Numbered from the stretch's first letter, positions 53,917 through 62,954 are shown. The stretch: 64,000 nt of DNA from an uncultured Candidatus Actinomarina sp. (GCA_902533795.1 CACAND010000005.1:847-64846), one strand, 5' to 3'. Notes: a model not told the origin generated them from the sequence alone. Numbers and translations: made by a program.

Positions 53917-54985
53917 ATTTCCAACTTGAAGATTCTTTATTATCTTCAATTTCAATATTTGAATCTGTCAATATATCTCTAACTACATCTGATTCTTCAT
54001 ATTTTTGTAAGGACCGAAGTGTTAATCTATACTCTATTAATTTGTCTATTAATTTATTCACATTTTCAGAATTTTTCTTATTTTTATCAATCTCTATTCG
54101 TAAATCAGCAATTTCTTTTTTCAAGGCATCTTCAGCGTCTTCATTTAACGGCAAGTCAGGTTCGCTTTCTACTTTTTTAAGGGAGGCATCATTTTTTAAG
54201 AGCTCTTTAAGCTCATCTAAATTGTACTTATCTCCAATTTTGAATTTCTTTGTGACATTTTTGTTAATGACAGTTACTTCCCCTAAACCTTCTACTTCGA
54301 AAGAGTCTTCTTCTCCATCAATTATTAACGCAGTATGTTCATCAATTCCTAAAATATTCGTTGGATTAATTTCCTGTAATATTTTCATCCTATTTTGTCC
54401 AAGGTAACTAATACTAGTATCGTGATTGCCCCCTTCTTTATTGTTAAAGTGAGGAACTACAACACAATCTATATCAAAGACTTCAAGTAAATTTATTCCA
54501 TTTTCCCAATAAGGATCAATTCCTACCTTGTAAATTTCATAAACTGGAATAGTTCTTATTCCAAGAGTTGATGCAGCTGCACTTGCAAATACAAGGCTAC
54601 TTCCATTTATAAGCTTTTCTTTAAAAATTTCTGGTACATCTGTGTCTATCCAATTTTTTGAGGCATAACTTGGACTTCCAGGCCCTGAAAAAATAAAATT
54701 TGAACCCTGGATGATTTTTGTAAATTCAAAATACTCAACAGATTTAAAATCTTTTTTAGTTCTATAACTAGCAAGTTTGATATCTGTATTTAAACTTACA
54801 TCATAAAATTCAATTAATTTTTCAACAAGCTGATCAGCATTTTCTTGAAATCCAAAAGGCGTATCAATTAATGAAGCAGACACGTCTTCACTTAATCTAT
54901 TAAGTAACTTTCTGTGTACTGAAACTAGATTTGGACTAGTTTCACCTGAGCCGAGAATGGCAATCGAACCTTTTACTTTTTTCAT
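53906..54985 (-). CDS. Peptidase S51/cyanophycinase-like (class I GATase fold) hydrolase fused to a CysRS-type anticodon-binding domain
   Basis: GSGET, FSGPGSP, FASAAA (Ser), PHF (His), GIDEHTAL (Glu); C-terminal LIEYRLTLR...SDVVRDIL...IEIED...W. Start probably ATG 54985 (TATAAT 7 nt upstream). Confidence 0.75.
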   Translation of the reverse strand: MKKVKGSIAILGSGETSPNLVSVHRKLLNRLSEDVSASLIDTPFGFQENADQLVEKLIEFYDVSLNTDIKLASYRTKKDFKSVEYFEFTKIIQGSNFIFSGPGSPSYASKNWIDTDVPEIFKEKLINGSSLVFASAAASTLGIRTIPVYEIYKVGIDPYWENGINLLEVFDIDCVVVPHFNNKEGGNHDTSISYLGQNRMKILQEINPTNILGIDEHTALIIDGEEDSFEVEGLGEVTVINKNVTKKFKIGDKYNLDELKELLKNDASLKKVESEPDLPLNEDAEDALKKEIADLRIEIDKNKKNSENVNKLIDKLIEYRLTLRSLQKYEESDVVRDILTDSNIEIEDNKESSSWKFKD

Positions 54986-55036
54986 AGAAACCATTATAGG
55001 TATTTATTCATTCTTGAAAAATTGTATACTTAATAT

Positions 55037-56035
55037 GTGATTAATTTATTAATTAAAATTCTTGAAATATTTACCCTTGATTACATTCCAAGGCTACCTG
55101 TTCAATTTAGAACAAAATTATATAAAACAGTTCTTCCATTAAGAAAATTAAGGGACAGGATATTACTAAATAAACCAAAAAGTCAATTTACTTTTCAAGA
55201 TCGAATAGATTTTGCCAGAACATCAAGAGTTGGCTATGATTACTCCGGCTCAAGACTAATTGAATATAACCAAAATGTTGATTTTGAAAAAATTGAAAAT
55301 TCGGAATTAGAAATTTATAAATTTACTCCAAAAAATGCCAAAGATGACGTTTACGGTATTTATTTTCATGGAGGAGGTTACTACACGGGCAGTGTAACTT
55401 CTCATAAAAACATCGTTTCCCAATTTACAAATGATTTAGAGATTCCTTTTTATTTTTTTGAATATAGATTGACACCAGAGTTCAACTTTCCTGCAGCTCA
55501 TGATGATGCCAAAAAAGTAGTAAATTTTATTACTGGAATAGAGGGAAACAAACAGTCAATATGGATGGGTGAGTCTGCTGGAGGGGGGCTTGCAACGGGT
55601 ATTTTAGTTGATGATACATTTACAATTTCTCCAGATAAATTAGTCCTAATGTCTCCATGGCTAGACCTGTCTGACAAGAAAAGAGACAGAAAATATTTAA
55701 GAAATAAAGATATACTACTTGCTATTGATGGAGTTCATTGGGTTGGTGAGCATTACTCAGGCGATTATGAACCAAATAATCCAATTCTTTCTCCAGTTTT
55801 TGCTGATATTGATAATTTTCCACACACATTAATTCAGGTTTGTTCAAGTGAGCTTTTGTATAATGACGCAATTGAGTTTTCAAACAAACTCAAAAATAAA
55901 AAAATCGAGCACGAATTACAAATTTCGGATGATCTTTGGCATGCTTGGCAATTTTTTCCAATTCAAGAAGCTTATGATGCAAGAAAGAAAATTGTTTCTT
56001 TTGTAAAAGATAATTCCTACTCTTCACCAAAATGA
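55037..56035 (+). CDS. Alpha/beta hydrolase, HSL/esterase family
   Basis: HGGG, YRLTPE..FPA..DD, GESAGG, SPWLDL, C-terminal His. Confidence 0.92.
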   Translation: MINLLIKILEIFTLDYIPRLPVQFRTKLYKTVLPLRKLRDRILLNKPKSQFTFQDRIDFARTSRVGYDYSGSRLIEYNQNVDFEKIENSELEIYKFTPKNAKDDVYGIYFHGGGYYTGSVTSHKNIVSQFTNDLEIPFYFFEYRLTPEFNFPAAHDDAKKVVNFITGIEGNKQSIWMGESAGGGLATGILVDDTFTISPDKLVLMSPWLDLSDKKRDRKYLRNKDILLAIDGVHWVGEHYSGDYEPNNPILSPVFADIDNFPHTLIQVCSSELLYNDAIEFSNKLKNKKIEHELQISDDLWHAWQFFPIQEAYDARKKIVSFVKDNSYSSPK

Positions 56036-56763
56036 TGAAATGCAAAACCAAAGGGAAGCTCTAAGCGATTTTCCTTCATAAAATTTTCATCATTTAAAAT
56101 ATTAATCGTTTGATCATCTCGCGTAACTTCACCTTCATTTAAAACGATACTTCTTTTGCAAATTTCTAATGCCATTGGAAGGTCATGAGTCACGAGAATT
56201 TTAGATACGTCTAAATTATTAAGAATATCAATTAATTCCCTACGAGAAGATGGATCCAGATTTGAACCAGGTTCATCTAACACCAGAAGTTTTGGCTTTG
56301 ATGCTAAAACACTTGCAATTGCAACTTTTCTTTTTTGTCCATAACTTAAATGATGAGGAGGTCGATCTAAATAGTCACTCATATTAACTTTATCAAGTGC
56401 ATCAAGTGCTAATCTTTCTGATTCTTCATCGGTAAATCCAAAATTTTTAGGTCCAAACATTACATCTTCAATTACTGTTGGCATAAATAATTGGTCATCT
56501 GGATCCTGAAAAACAATTCCGACTGTTTTTCTAATCTTGCCAATGTTATCTTCAATGTAGTCGAGTTGATCTACACTTATTTCCGAATTTAAAGTTCCAA
56601 GTATTCCATTCAGATGAAGAATTAATGTAGTTTTTCCAGCACCATTTGGACCTAATATTGCTAATGATTCTTTTTCTCCCAAATCAAAGCTTATTTTTTT
56701 TAGAGCCAAGTGTCCATCAGGATATGAATAGCTTAAATTTTTTACAGATAAATAATTTTTCAT
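56017..56763 (-). CDS. ECF transporter ATPase, NikO/CbiO type
   Basis: GPNGAGKTT, FQDPDDQLF, LSYGQKRK, LDEP. Confidence 0.92.
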   Translation of the reverse strand: MKNYLSVKNLSYSYPDGHLALKKISFDLGEKESLAILGPNGAGKTTLILHLNGILGTLNSEISVDQLDYIEDNIGKIRKTVGIVFQDPDDQLFMPTVIEDVMFGPKNFGFTDEESERLALDALDKVNMSDYLDRPPHHLSYGQKRKVAIASVLASKPKLLVLDEPGSNLDPSSRRELIDILNNLDVSKILVTHDLPMALEICKRSIVLNEGEVTRDDQTINILNDENFMKENRLELPFGFAFHHFGEE

Positions 56764-57524
56764 AATAATTTATCTATACCAAGTATCACTAAAGAAGATA
56801 CAACACATAAACTAAACTTATATGATGTTTTATAACTTCGAGATTTAAACTCTATTGTTCCTTGAAAACCTCTTGAGATCATTGACAAATATACTCTTTC
56901 ACCTCTTTCATAACCACGGATTAGCATAGCTCCAGATGCAAAAGCAATAGGGATTAGGGATTTTAAACCTTTTTCTAAGTATCCCCTCGACTTCATTGAA
57001 ATTCTTACCCTTTTAAACTCATCTATAAAGACGTCAATATACCTAATTGTGAATGACATTATTGCAATTAAAATATTTGGAACTTTCAACTTCTGAAGAC
57101 CATAAATGATTTCCATACTTGAAGTTACAGCAGTAAGAACTATTCCAATAGTTAGACCAAGAGTTGCTTTAAATAATATAGTTAACATATCATTTAATCC
57201 AGTCTGGTAAATGTTTAAAGAAAAAATTTCAAAAACTTTGTCATTGTTCTCACTACTTAAAAAAGGTAAAAATAATGCAAACAAAATGAAAGGAATATCA
57301 AGAGTCAGTCTCTTTAAATATGTTTTTAAAGGAATTTTCGAAAGGTATAAAATATACATAACGATCACGATGTGAGATAAAATCTGAAAGATATTTTGAA
57401 CATTTGAAAATGCAACTGATAAGACAATAAGAAAACATCCTAGAACTTTATGTTGAGGTTTTACATCATTTAATTGGGAATTTTTGTGTAGAGATAAGTG
57501 GTGTTCGTGACTTGTGGGATACAT
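56760..57524 (-). CDS. ECF transporter T component, NikQ/CbiQ type
   Basis: RYI, M.SRG, ERGERVY.SM.SRG motifs; His-rich N-terminus. Confidence 0.9.
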   Translation of the reverse strand: MYPTSHEHHLSLHKNSQLNDVKPQHKVLGCFLIVLSVAFSNVQNIFQILSHIVIVMYILYLSKIPLKTYLKRLTLDIPFILFALFLPFLSSENNDKVFEIFSLNIYQTGLNDMLTILFKATLGLTIGIVLTAVTSSMEIIYGLQKLKVPNILIAIMSFTIRYIDVFIDEFKRVRISMKSRGYLEKGLKSLIPIAFASGAMLIRGYERGERVYLSMISRGFQGTIEFKSRSYKTSYKFSLCVVSSLVILGIDKLL

Positions 57525-57536
57525 GATATTATTTTA

Positions 57537-57553
57537 ATGCAAAAGGTTTGCAA
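57537..57553. promoter_or_regulatory. Putative Nur (Fur-family) operator
   Basis: Minus strand TTGCAA-ACCTT-TTGCAT inverted repeat, 12 nt upstream of the T-component ATG and abutting a TAAAAT -10. Confidence 0.7.
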
Positions 57554-57562
57554 TAAAAATAA

Positions 57563-57973
57563 TTATTTACAATTCTTGCATATACCTGTGTAGACAAAAT
57601 GATTATCGGTCAATTTATACATTGAGTTTTTTTCAATAATTTTTTCAACCGATTCCATAACTTTCACTGAAATATCTTCAATGGCATTACAAATTTTGCA
57701 AACAATGTGTGTGTTTTTTTCATATTTTTTTAGATAATAAATCCCGGAACCATGTTGCTGATGAGAGTGTTCAATAATATTTAATGACTCAAGTATGTCC
57801 AATGTTCTGTAAACAGTTGCTAAATCTATATCTTTTACCTTTTTTAAAGCTAAATTATATAATTCCTCTGCAGTGAAGTGTTCGTGTCCTGATTCCTCTA
57901 ATATATTGCAAATTGTGCTTCTTGATTCAGTTATTCTGTTACCATTTTTTTTTAGTTTACTAATCAGATCCAT
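57563..57973 (-). CDS. Fur-family regulator, Nur-like
   Basis: HFTAEELY, ATVYRTL, HSHQQHG, HIVCKIC, NHF, CKNC. Confidence 0.88.
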   Translation of the reverse strand: MDLISKLKKNGNRITESRSTICNILEESGHEHFTAEELYNLALKKVKDIDLATVYRTLDILESLNIIEHSHQQHGSGIYYLKKYEKNTHIVCKICNAIEDISVKVMESVEKIIEKNSMYKLTDNHFVYTGICKNCK

Positions 57974-58008
57974 AGTTAAAGTATAATTTGTGAAAAGATT
58001 GTTATTAC

Positions 58009-58482
58009 ATGAAAAAAATACTTTTAAAGTTCATAAATAGATACAGCCTAATTTATTTACCACTGGGATGGATATTTGGACTAGCTATATTTTTTATTGC
58101 TTTTGAACCATCAATCGTACTCTATATATTAAGTTTCTTTGTTTTAGGAACTTTTTTTGCATTGTATATTTTTAATTCAAAGAGAAGCCTTGTCTTAGAT
58201 GATCACAATTTTGCAAATTCTGATTACACAATAATTGAATTCTATTCCGATTACTGACTAGGTTGTACTGCATCAAAATTCATAGTTAATGAATTCAAAA
58301 AATTAAACCCCGAAATACCAATTGTCTCAGTGAATGCCTCTAAGAAAGATTATCTAGAAATCACACAAAAATATAATTTAAAGTACACCCCAACATATGT
58401 ATTAGTTGATTCAACTGGTGAAAAAATATACAAACGGGTTGGTAATTTTAATATTGAGAAGTTTAACTCAATAATTTCCTAA
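58009..58482 (+). CDS. Membrane-anchored thioredoxin-fold protein with in-frame TGA in a UxxC active site (probable selenoprotein, 157 aa)
   Basis: Reading through TGA 58255-58257 gives EFYSDY-U-LGC...VSVNA...KYNLKYTPTYVLVDSTGE, open to TAA 58480-58482, which overlaps the convergent gene's stop. Confidence 0.8.
58277..58295 (+). promoter_or_regulatory. Candidate bacterial SECIS hairpin
   Basis: AATTCAT-AGTTA-ATGAATT; loop starts 26 nt after the TGA and has G then U at loop positions 2-3. Confidence 0.45.
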
Positions 58483-58811
58483 GATACTTTATCACCTATC
58501 ATCGAACCTTCACTTGGTTTTAGCAACAATACATTGCCATTAGAATCTGTAGAACCAAGTATTAAACATTGACTAATAATTGGACCAATTTGCTTGTCAC
58601 CTAAATTTACTATTCCTATACATTTGAAACCGATTAATTCACTGGTGTCATAATTAGTAATCTGAGCACTTGTTTTCTTTATTCCAATATGTTTACCAAA
58701 GTCAATTTTTAAAATATAAGCAGGTTTTTTGGCTTCTTCAAAAACTTCCGCTGATAAAATTTCGCCAATTCTTATATCTAATTTGGCAAATTTTTCAACA
58801 TTAGTTTCCAT
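58479..58811 (-). CDS. csaA: CsaA/Trbp111-family tRNA-binding/chaperone protein
   Basis: F.KLDIRIG.I..AE.F.EAKKPAY.L.IDFG..IG.K.TSAQIT and VNL..KQIG. Confidence 0.88.
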   Translation of the reverse strand: METNVEKFAKLDIRIGEILSAEVFEEAKKPAYILKIDFGKHIGIKKTSAQITNYDTSELIGFKCIGIVNLGDKQIGPIISQCLILGSTDSNGNVLLLKPSEGSMIGDKVS

Positions 58812-58841
58812 ATAAAAAGTATCTTATAACATAATTAACCT

Positions 58842-59384
58842 ATGTCAAAAATATTATTATTGTCAGCTGGAACACGCGTTGAGTCAAAAAATAATAAAAT
58901 AGCAAAAATTACTGATGACTTTTTAGTTAATGAATTAAAAATTGATTGTTCACTCTACGATAATTTCTATGAAGGTGTTCCCTTTTTAAAAGATTATAAT
59001 GATAAACAACCTGATTATGTAATCGATGTAAGAAACGATTTGATTAATAGTTCCAAAATCATACTTTTTAGTCCGGTATTCAATGGTGGTTATGTCTCAC
59101 ATTTAAAAAACATATTAGATTGGCTTTCATTAAGTTTTGATAAATATTCATATAACGAATTATTTAAAAATAAAACAGTTGCAGTTGTTTCATCAGTTGA
59201 TGGAAAAGGAAATAATGCAAAAAGTTCATTTATCTTACTCAAAGAACAACTTAAAAACTATGGACTTGATGTTTTTGATGAATTTTATCTTTTTAATGAG
59301 GAAAATAAGGTCGATGATTTTGATTCAAATGAGAAGTTAAGTACAAGTTACCGCACCTTTATAAATTCATTTGTCAACAGTTAA
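58842..59384 (+). CDS. NADPH-dependent FMN reductase family flavoprotein
   Basis: GTR..S.N phosphate loop and SPVFNGG....LKNILDWLS. Confidence 0.82.
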   Translation: MSKILLLSAGTRVESKNNKIAKITDDFLVNELKIDCSLYDNFYEGVPFLKDYNDKQPDYVIDVRNDLINSSKIILFSPVFNGGYVSHLKNILDWLSLSFDKYSYNELFKNKTVAVVSSVDGKGNNAKSSFILLKEQLKNYGLDVFDEFYLFNEENKVDDFDSNEKLSTSYRTFINSFVNS

Positions 59385-60095
59385 AGCTTGGTCAATTCTT
59401 TCAAACAATAATTCTGTTACTTTATCAATATCTAAATCATCGCTAGATTCAACTGGATCTAAAACATCTAAATGAATATCTCCTGATATAAACCAAACCT
59501 TACCTTTAATCATTAAATTATGAGCATTGTGACTTACTATAGGAAGAATCGGAAGGTTGAAATCTTTAGCAATATGTGCAGCCCCCTTTTTAAAAGGTAA
59601 TAACTTTTTTTGATTACTTCTTTTTCCTTCCGGGAATACCATTATCGAGTTACCGTCATTAATCACAGATTGAATTGAATCATTTATTTTATTTAGATCT
59701 AATGAAGTACTATCACGATCTATTCTGGGTAAACCAAGAATTTTTAGCACTCTACTAAAAATTGGAATTCTAAAGAGTTCAGATTTTGTTAAAAATCTTA
59801 TTGATATTGGCAATCCATAGATATGTGTGAATATGTCTAGGGTAGAAGGATGATTTCCAACAACAACATAACTTTTATTTTTATCTATTTTTTCTAGGCC
59901 AGATACCGTTAAATTAATTCCAACCATTTTTAATCCCATCCAGCCAAACAACTTATATAATTTTGTTGCAAATTGCTTGCCATTTGGGATAGCAACTGTA
60001 GCTATAATAAATAAAATTAATATTCCAAATAAAATTAAAAATGTTGGAAACAAGAGTAAAGTTTTTAATTTTGTTCGAAAATTTATAGGTGCCAT
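59367..60095 (-). CDS. plsC: 1-acyl-sn-glycerol-3-phosphate acyltransferase
   Basis: NHPSTLD (NHX4D), FPEGKRS, PFKKGA. Confidence 0.9.
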   Translation of the reverse strand: MAPINFRTKLKTLLLFPTFLILFGILILFIIATVAIPNGKQFATKLYKLFGWMGLKMVGINLTVSGLEKIDKNKSYVVVGNHPSTLDIFTHIYGLPISIRFLTKSELFRIPIFSRVLKILGLPRIDRDSTSLDLNKINDSIQSVINDGNSIMVFPEGKRSNQKKLLPFKKGAAHIAKDFNLPILPIVSHNAHNLMIKGKVWFISGDIHLDVLDPVESSDDLDIDKVTELLFERIDQALTVDK

Positions 60096-60136
60096 ATTGG
60101 TATTTTATAATCTTGAATAATAGAAATGAGTATTTA

Positions 60137-60721
60137 TTACTTTTTTCTTAAATCAAAATAAGGAATAAAAAATTGTACAACTCTTCCTACTGAGAAAACA
60201 ATAATTACAGAAGCTATACCAATCTTACCTCCAAGAAAAAATCCACAGGTAAACGCAACAGCTTCAATCAATGTTCTAGCTGTTCCTATTTTTAACCCTT
60301 TTTCTTCGAGTCCAACCATAACTCCATCTCTTGGTCCAGCGCCTAGATCACCACCAACATATATGGCTGTACCTAGTCCGATAAGTGTTATCCCGATTGA
60401 TAGGCTCAAATATTGAAAAAATAGTGAGTTAGCAAAACTCATTAAATTAATAATGTAATCTGCTGTAAGTCCTATCCAAAAAGCATCAAATATCGTTGCT
60501 ATTCCAGGCTTCTGTTTTAAAGGAATCCATAATAAAAGAGTTAATAAAGATGTTAATATTCCTGCTTGCCCATATGTTATTCCAATAGTTTTTGAAATGC
60601 CATCGTGGAATACCCCCCAAGGACCTAAACCTAAATCTGCTAGATAGTTAAAAGCTACACCAACACCAATTAATGTAATGCCAATAATTGCCTGAAAATA
60701 CTTTCTTACTCCTAATTGCAT
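60137..60721 (-). CDS. YczE/YitT-like membrane protein
   Basis: LGLGPW.VFH.G and LGAGPRDG.M.GL internal repeats, about 6 TM. Confidence 0.8.
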   Translation of the reverse strand: MQLGVRKYFQAIIGITLIGVGVAFNYLADLGLGPWGVFHDGISKTIGITYGQAGILTSLLTLLLWIPLKQKPGIATIFDAFWIGLTADYIINLMSFANSLFFQYLSLSIGITLIGLGTAIYVGGDLGAGPRDGVMVGLEEKGLKIGTARTLIEAVAFTCGFFLGGKIGIASVIIVFSVGRVVQFFIPYFDLRKK

Positions 60722-60760
60722 AATTTAATCTAACATTTATAAGAAGTTAAAATATAATGC

Positions 60761-61504
60761 ATGAAACAATATTCAAAGCTTGCAATTGTAATTTTACTTT
60801 TCGCATTTTGTTCACAACAGGAAGCAACTTTAAGTGATTTTGAATCAGAAAATATTGAAACAAGCACAACACAAATTTCAAAAGAAGATGAAACAGCAAT
60901 AGTTAGTGAAACAACTACAACAATTGAAATAGAACAAATAGATAAATTTCAAGATAATCTTTTTGTAATTAATAAGGAAAAAAGTACAGCAAGCTATCTT
61001 GCTCCAAAAGACTTCTTAAATACTAATTTCGAGATAGTTAAGGGTTCAACAAATCAGATAAACGGTGGTTTTGAACTTTCGCTAAATGAATGTGAACAGG
61101 CTGATTCTTGTTTGTACATTAAGAATTTACTAATTTCTGTCGATCTTTCAACATTAAAAAGTGGAAGCTCTATTAGAGATGGTGCAATAAAGAATAATTG
61201 GCTCGAATCTAAGTTATTTCCAAGTGCAATATATAAGATTGATGAAATAATACTTCCAAATAACAATTTTGACTCAAAAATTGATGAAACAGTAGTTGGA
61301 ATTTTAACAATAAGGAATATTGAAGTCAGTATTCCTTTTTCTATAACTGCATACATGCAAGATGATCAGATTTACATTTCAGGAATCACAGAAGTAGATA
61401 CAACATGGTTTGGTTTTGATGCTCCTACAAAATTTAATGCATGGGAAGTGTTAAATCCTATAGGAATTGAAATTGATTTTGTTGCAGAAAAATCAGATAG
61501 TTAA
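60761..61504 (+). CDS. YceI-family secreted protein or lipoprotein with Thr-rich linker
   Basis: Signal peptide ending LFAFC, VDLSTLKSG..IRD, LE...FP.A, G.LTIR. Confidence 0.75.
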   Translation: MKQYSKLAIVILLFAFCSQQEATLSDFESENIETSTTQISKEDETAIVSETTTTIEIEQIDKFQDNLFVINKEKSTASYLAPKDFLNTNFEIVKGSTNQINGGFELSLNECEQADSCLYIKNLLISVDLSTLKSGSSIRDGAIKNNWLESKLFPSAIYKIDEIILPNNNFDSKIDETVVGILTIRNIEVSIPFSITAYMQDDQIYISGITEVDTTWFGFDAPTKFNAWEVLNPIGIEIDFVAEKSDS

Positions 61505-61506
61505 AT

Positions 61507-62016
61507 TTGAATTTTAAACATTTAGAAAAACCTTTCCCAATTTATGATGAAGATTATGCGTCAGTTGCCATTCTCATAAACAGTGAAAAAGAAATTTTAT
61601 ATATAAAAAGATCTGACAATTTACCAACTCACAAAGGAGATATTGCTTTCCCAGGCGGAAAAAAAGAAGAATCTGATAGTGACATAGTTACCACCGCCTT
61701 AAGAGAGGTTCAAGAGGAACTCTTCTTAAATCCATCAACAATTCGTCCTTTTGGAGTATTAGATCCTGTAGATACTGTTGAATATAAATTTAAAGTTTTC
61801 CCAATTGTTTGTGAAAGTTTTGATAAACCTACAAAAATTAACAAAGATGAAGTTCAAGATTTTTATTTATTAAATATATCAGATTTAGATAATTTGAATA
61901 ATTGGGAATTTAGGGGTAACTATGACAATGATTGGATTTTTAAGTTTAATGATCAGATTCTTTGGGGCGCAACAGCACATATGACACGAAATTTATTGAA
62001 TTTAAATTTAGGTTAG
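61507..62016 (+). CDS. Nudix hydrolase, CoA pyrophosphatase type
   Basis: H.GDIAFPGGK.E..D.....TALREVQEE and ILWGATA. Confidence 0.9.
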   Translation: MNFKHLEKPFPIYDEDYASVAILINSEKEILYIKRSDNLPTHKGDIAFPGGKKEESDSDIVTTALREVQEELFLNPSTIRPFGVLDPVDTVEYKFKVFPIVCESFDKPTKINKDEVQDFYLLNISDLDNLNNWEFRGNYDNDWIFKFNDQILWGATAHMTRNLLNLNLG

Positions 62017-62895
62017 ACTTTCAGTCTCATCTTTTACTGCTAGGTAAAGTGAAATAAAAATAAGCATGAGAGTTACATAAAAAATATTGTTTACAATTTC
62101 ATCTAAAAACAGATACCCCACCGCTATTCCAACAGTTGGCACTACATAATCAACTAAAGTAGTAAATGTTGCTGACAATCTTTTTATTGTATAAAAAAAC
62201 AACGAGTAGTTAAAAATGTCGATAAAAACTAAGCCAATAAGTCGAAATAGTTCAAAGGAATCTAGTACTTCAAATTCTCCACCTAGAATAAAAAATAAAA
62301 TTATGGATATGAATCCCCCAACGAGCCACTGTGTGAATAAATAAGTTTTAGCTGGTATATATTGAGAATGTTTTTTATTAGTTATGTTGCTAAGTGCTAA
62401 TCCTTGGACACCAATTAATGCTAATATCCCGCCAGTAAGTAGATTACCTTCATTAGATAGTCCTGTTGATCCTGAAAGAAAAAGCAAGACTAATCCTAAT
62501 AATCCAACCAAGACAGATATTATTTTTATTTTTGTTATTTTTTCTTCCTTAAAAAATAAAAATACCCAAAAAACAGTGAATAAAGGAATTGTAGATATAA
62601 AAATACTTTGTAATCCAGAAGAAATGTGTTTTAAAGCGTAAATAAATGTCCATCCGGGAATAAAAATTGCAAGAATTCCAGTCAAACTTCCTTTAAGAAA
62701 AAACGATATATTGATTTCTCTTACAAAGTCTTTTGCACAATAAATCCCTAACAAGAAAGCAACAATCGTTATTCTTGCTGTAACAATAAATATTTCATTC
62801 ACATTGTCTATCAATAAGCTTCTATTCAATAAGCCATGAAAACCAAAAAGAGATCCAATAAGAAGAATATTTCTTAATCCTGCGTATGGAGACAT
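62008..62895 (-). CDS. DMT/EamA-family transporter
   Basis: About 10 TM in two repeats, ALKHISSG, P.F, F.EE, LFLDE. Confidence 0.85.
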   Translation of the reverse strand: MSPYAGLRNILLIGSLFGFHGLLNRSLLIDNVNEIFIVTARITIVAFLLGIYCAKDFVREINISFFLKGSLTGILAIFIPGWTFIYALKHISSGLQSIFISTIPLFTVFWVFLFFKEEKITKIKIISVLVGLLGLVLLFLSGSTGLSNEGNLLTGGILALIGVQGLALSNITNKKHSQYIPAKTYLFTQWLVGGFISIILFFILGGEFEVLDSFELFRLIGLVFIDIFNYSLFFYTIKRLSATFTTLVDYVVPTVGIAVGYLFLDEIVNNIFYVTLMLIFISLYLAVKDETESLT

Positions 62896-62954
62896 TGGTG
62901 AATAGGATTTTATAAAATTACTCCATTTTGATTTAGTTTATTAGAATAGCACAT

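Noticed and set aside
53906..54985. Annotation as a second cysteinyl-tRNA synthetase
   Set aside because: No HIGH/KMSKS motifs or catalytic Zn ligands; only the C-terminal anticodon-binding segment resembles CysRS.
58255..58257. TGA reassigned genome-wide (genetic code 4 or 25) as the explanation for the readthrough
   Set aside because: TGA is the real stop of secE, rpsJ, rplC and infA in this window, Trp codons are TGG and tRNA-Trp has a CCA anticodon. No other gene was seen to need TGA readthrough.
62896..62954. T-box or Trp attenuator before trpS
   Set aside because: The spacer is only 59 nt, has no T-box motif or Trp-codon leader, and looks like a leaderless promoter.
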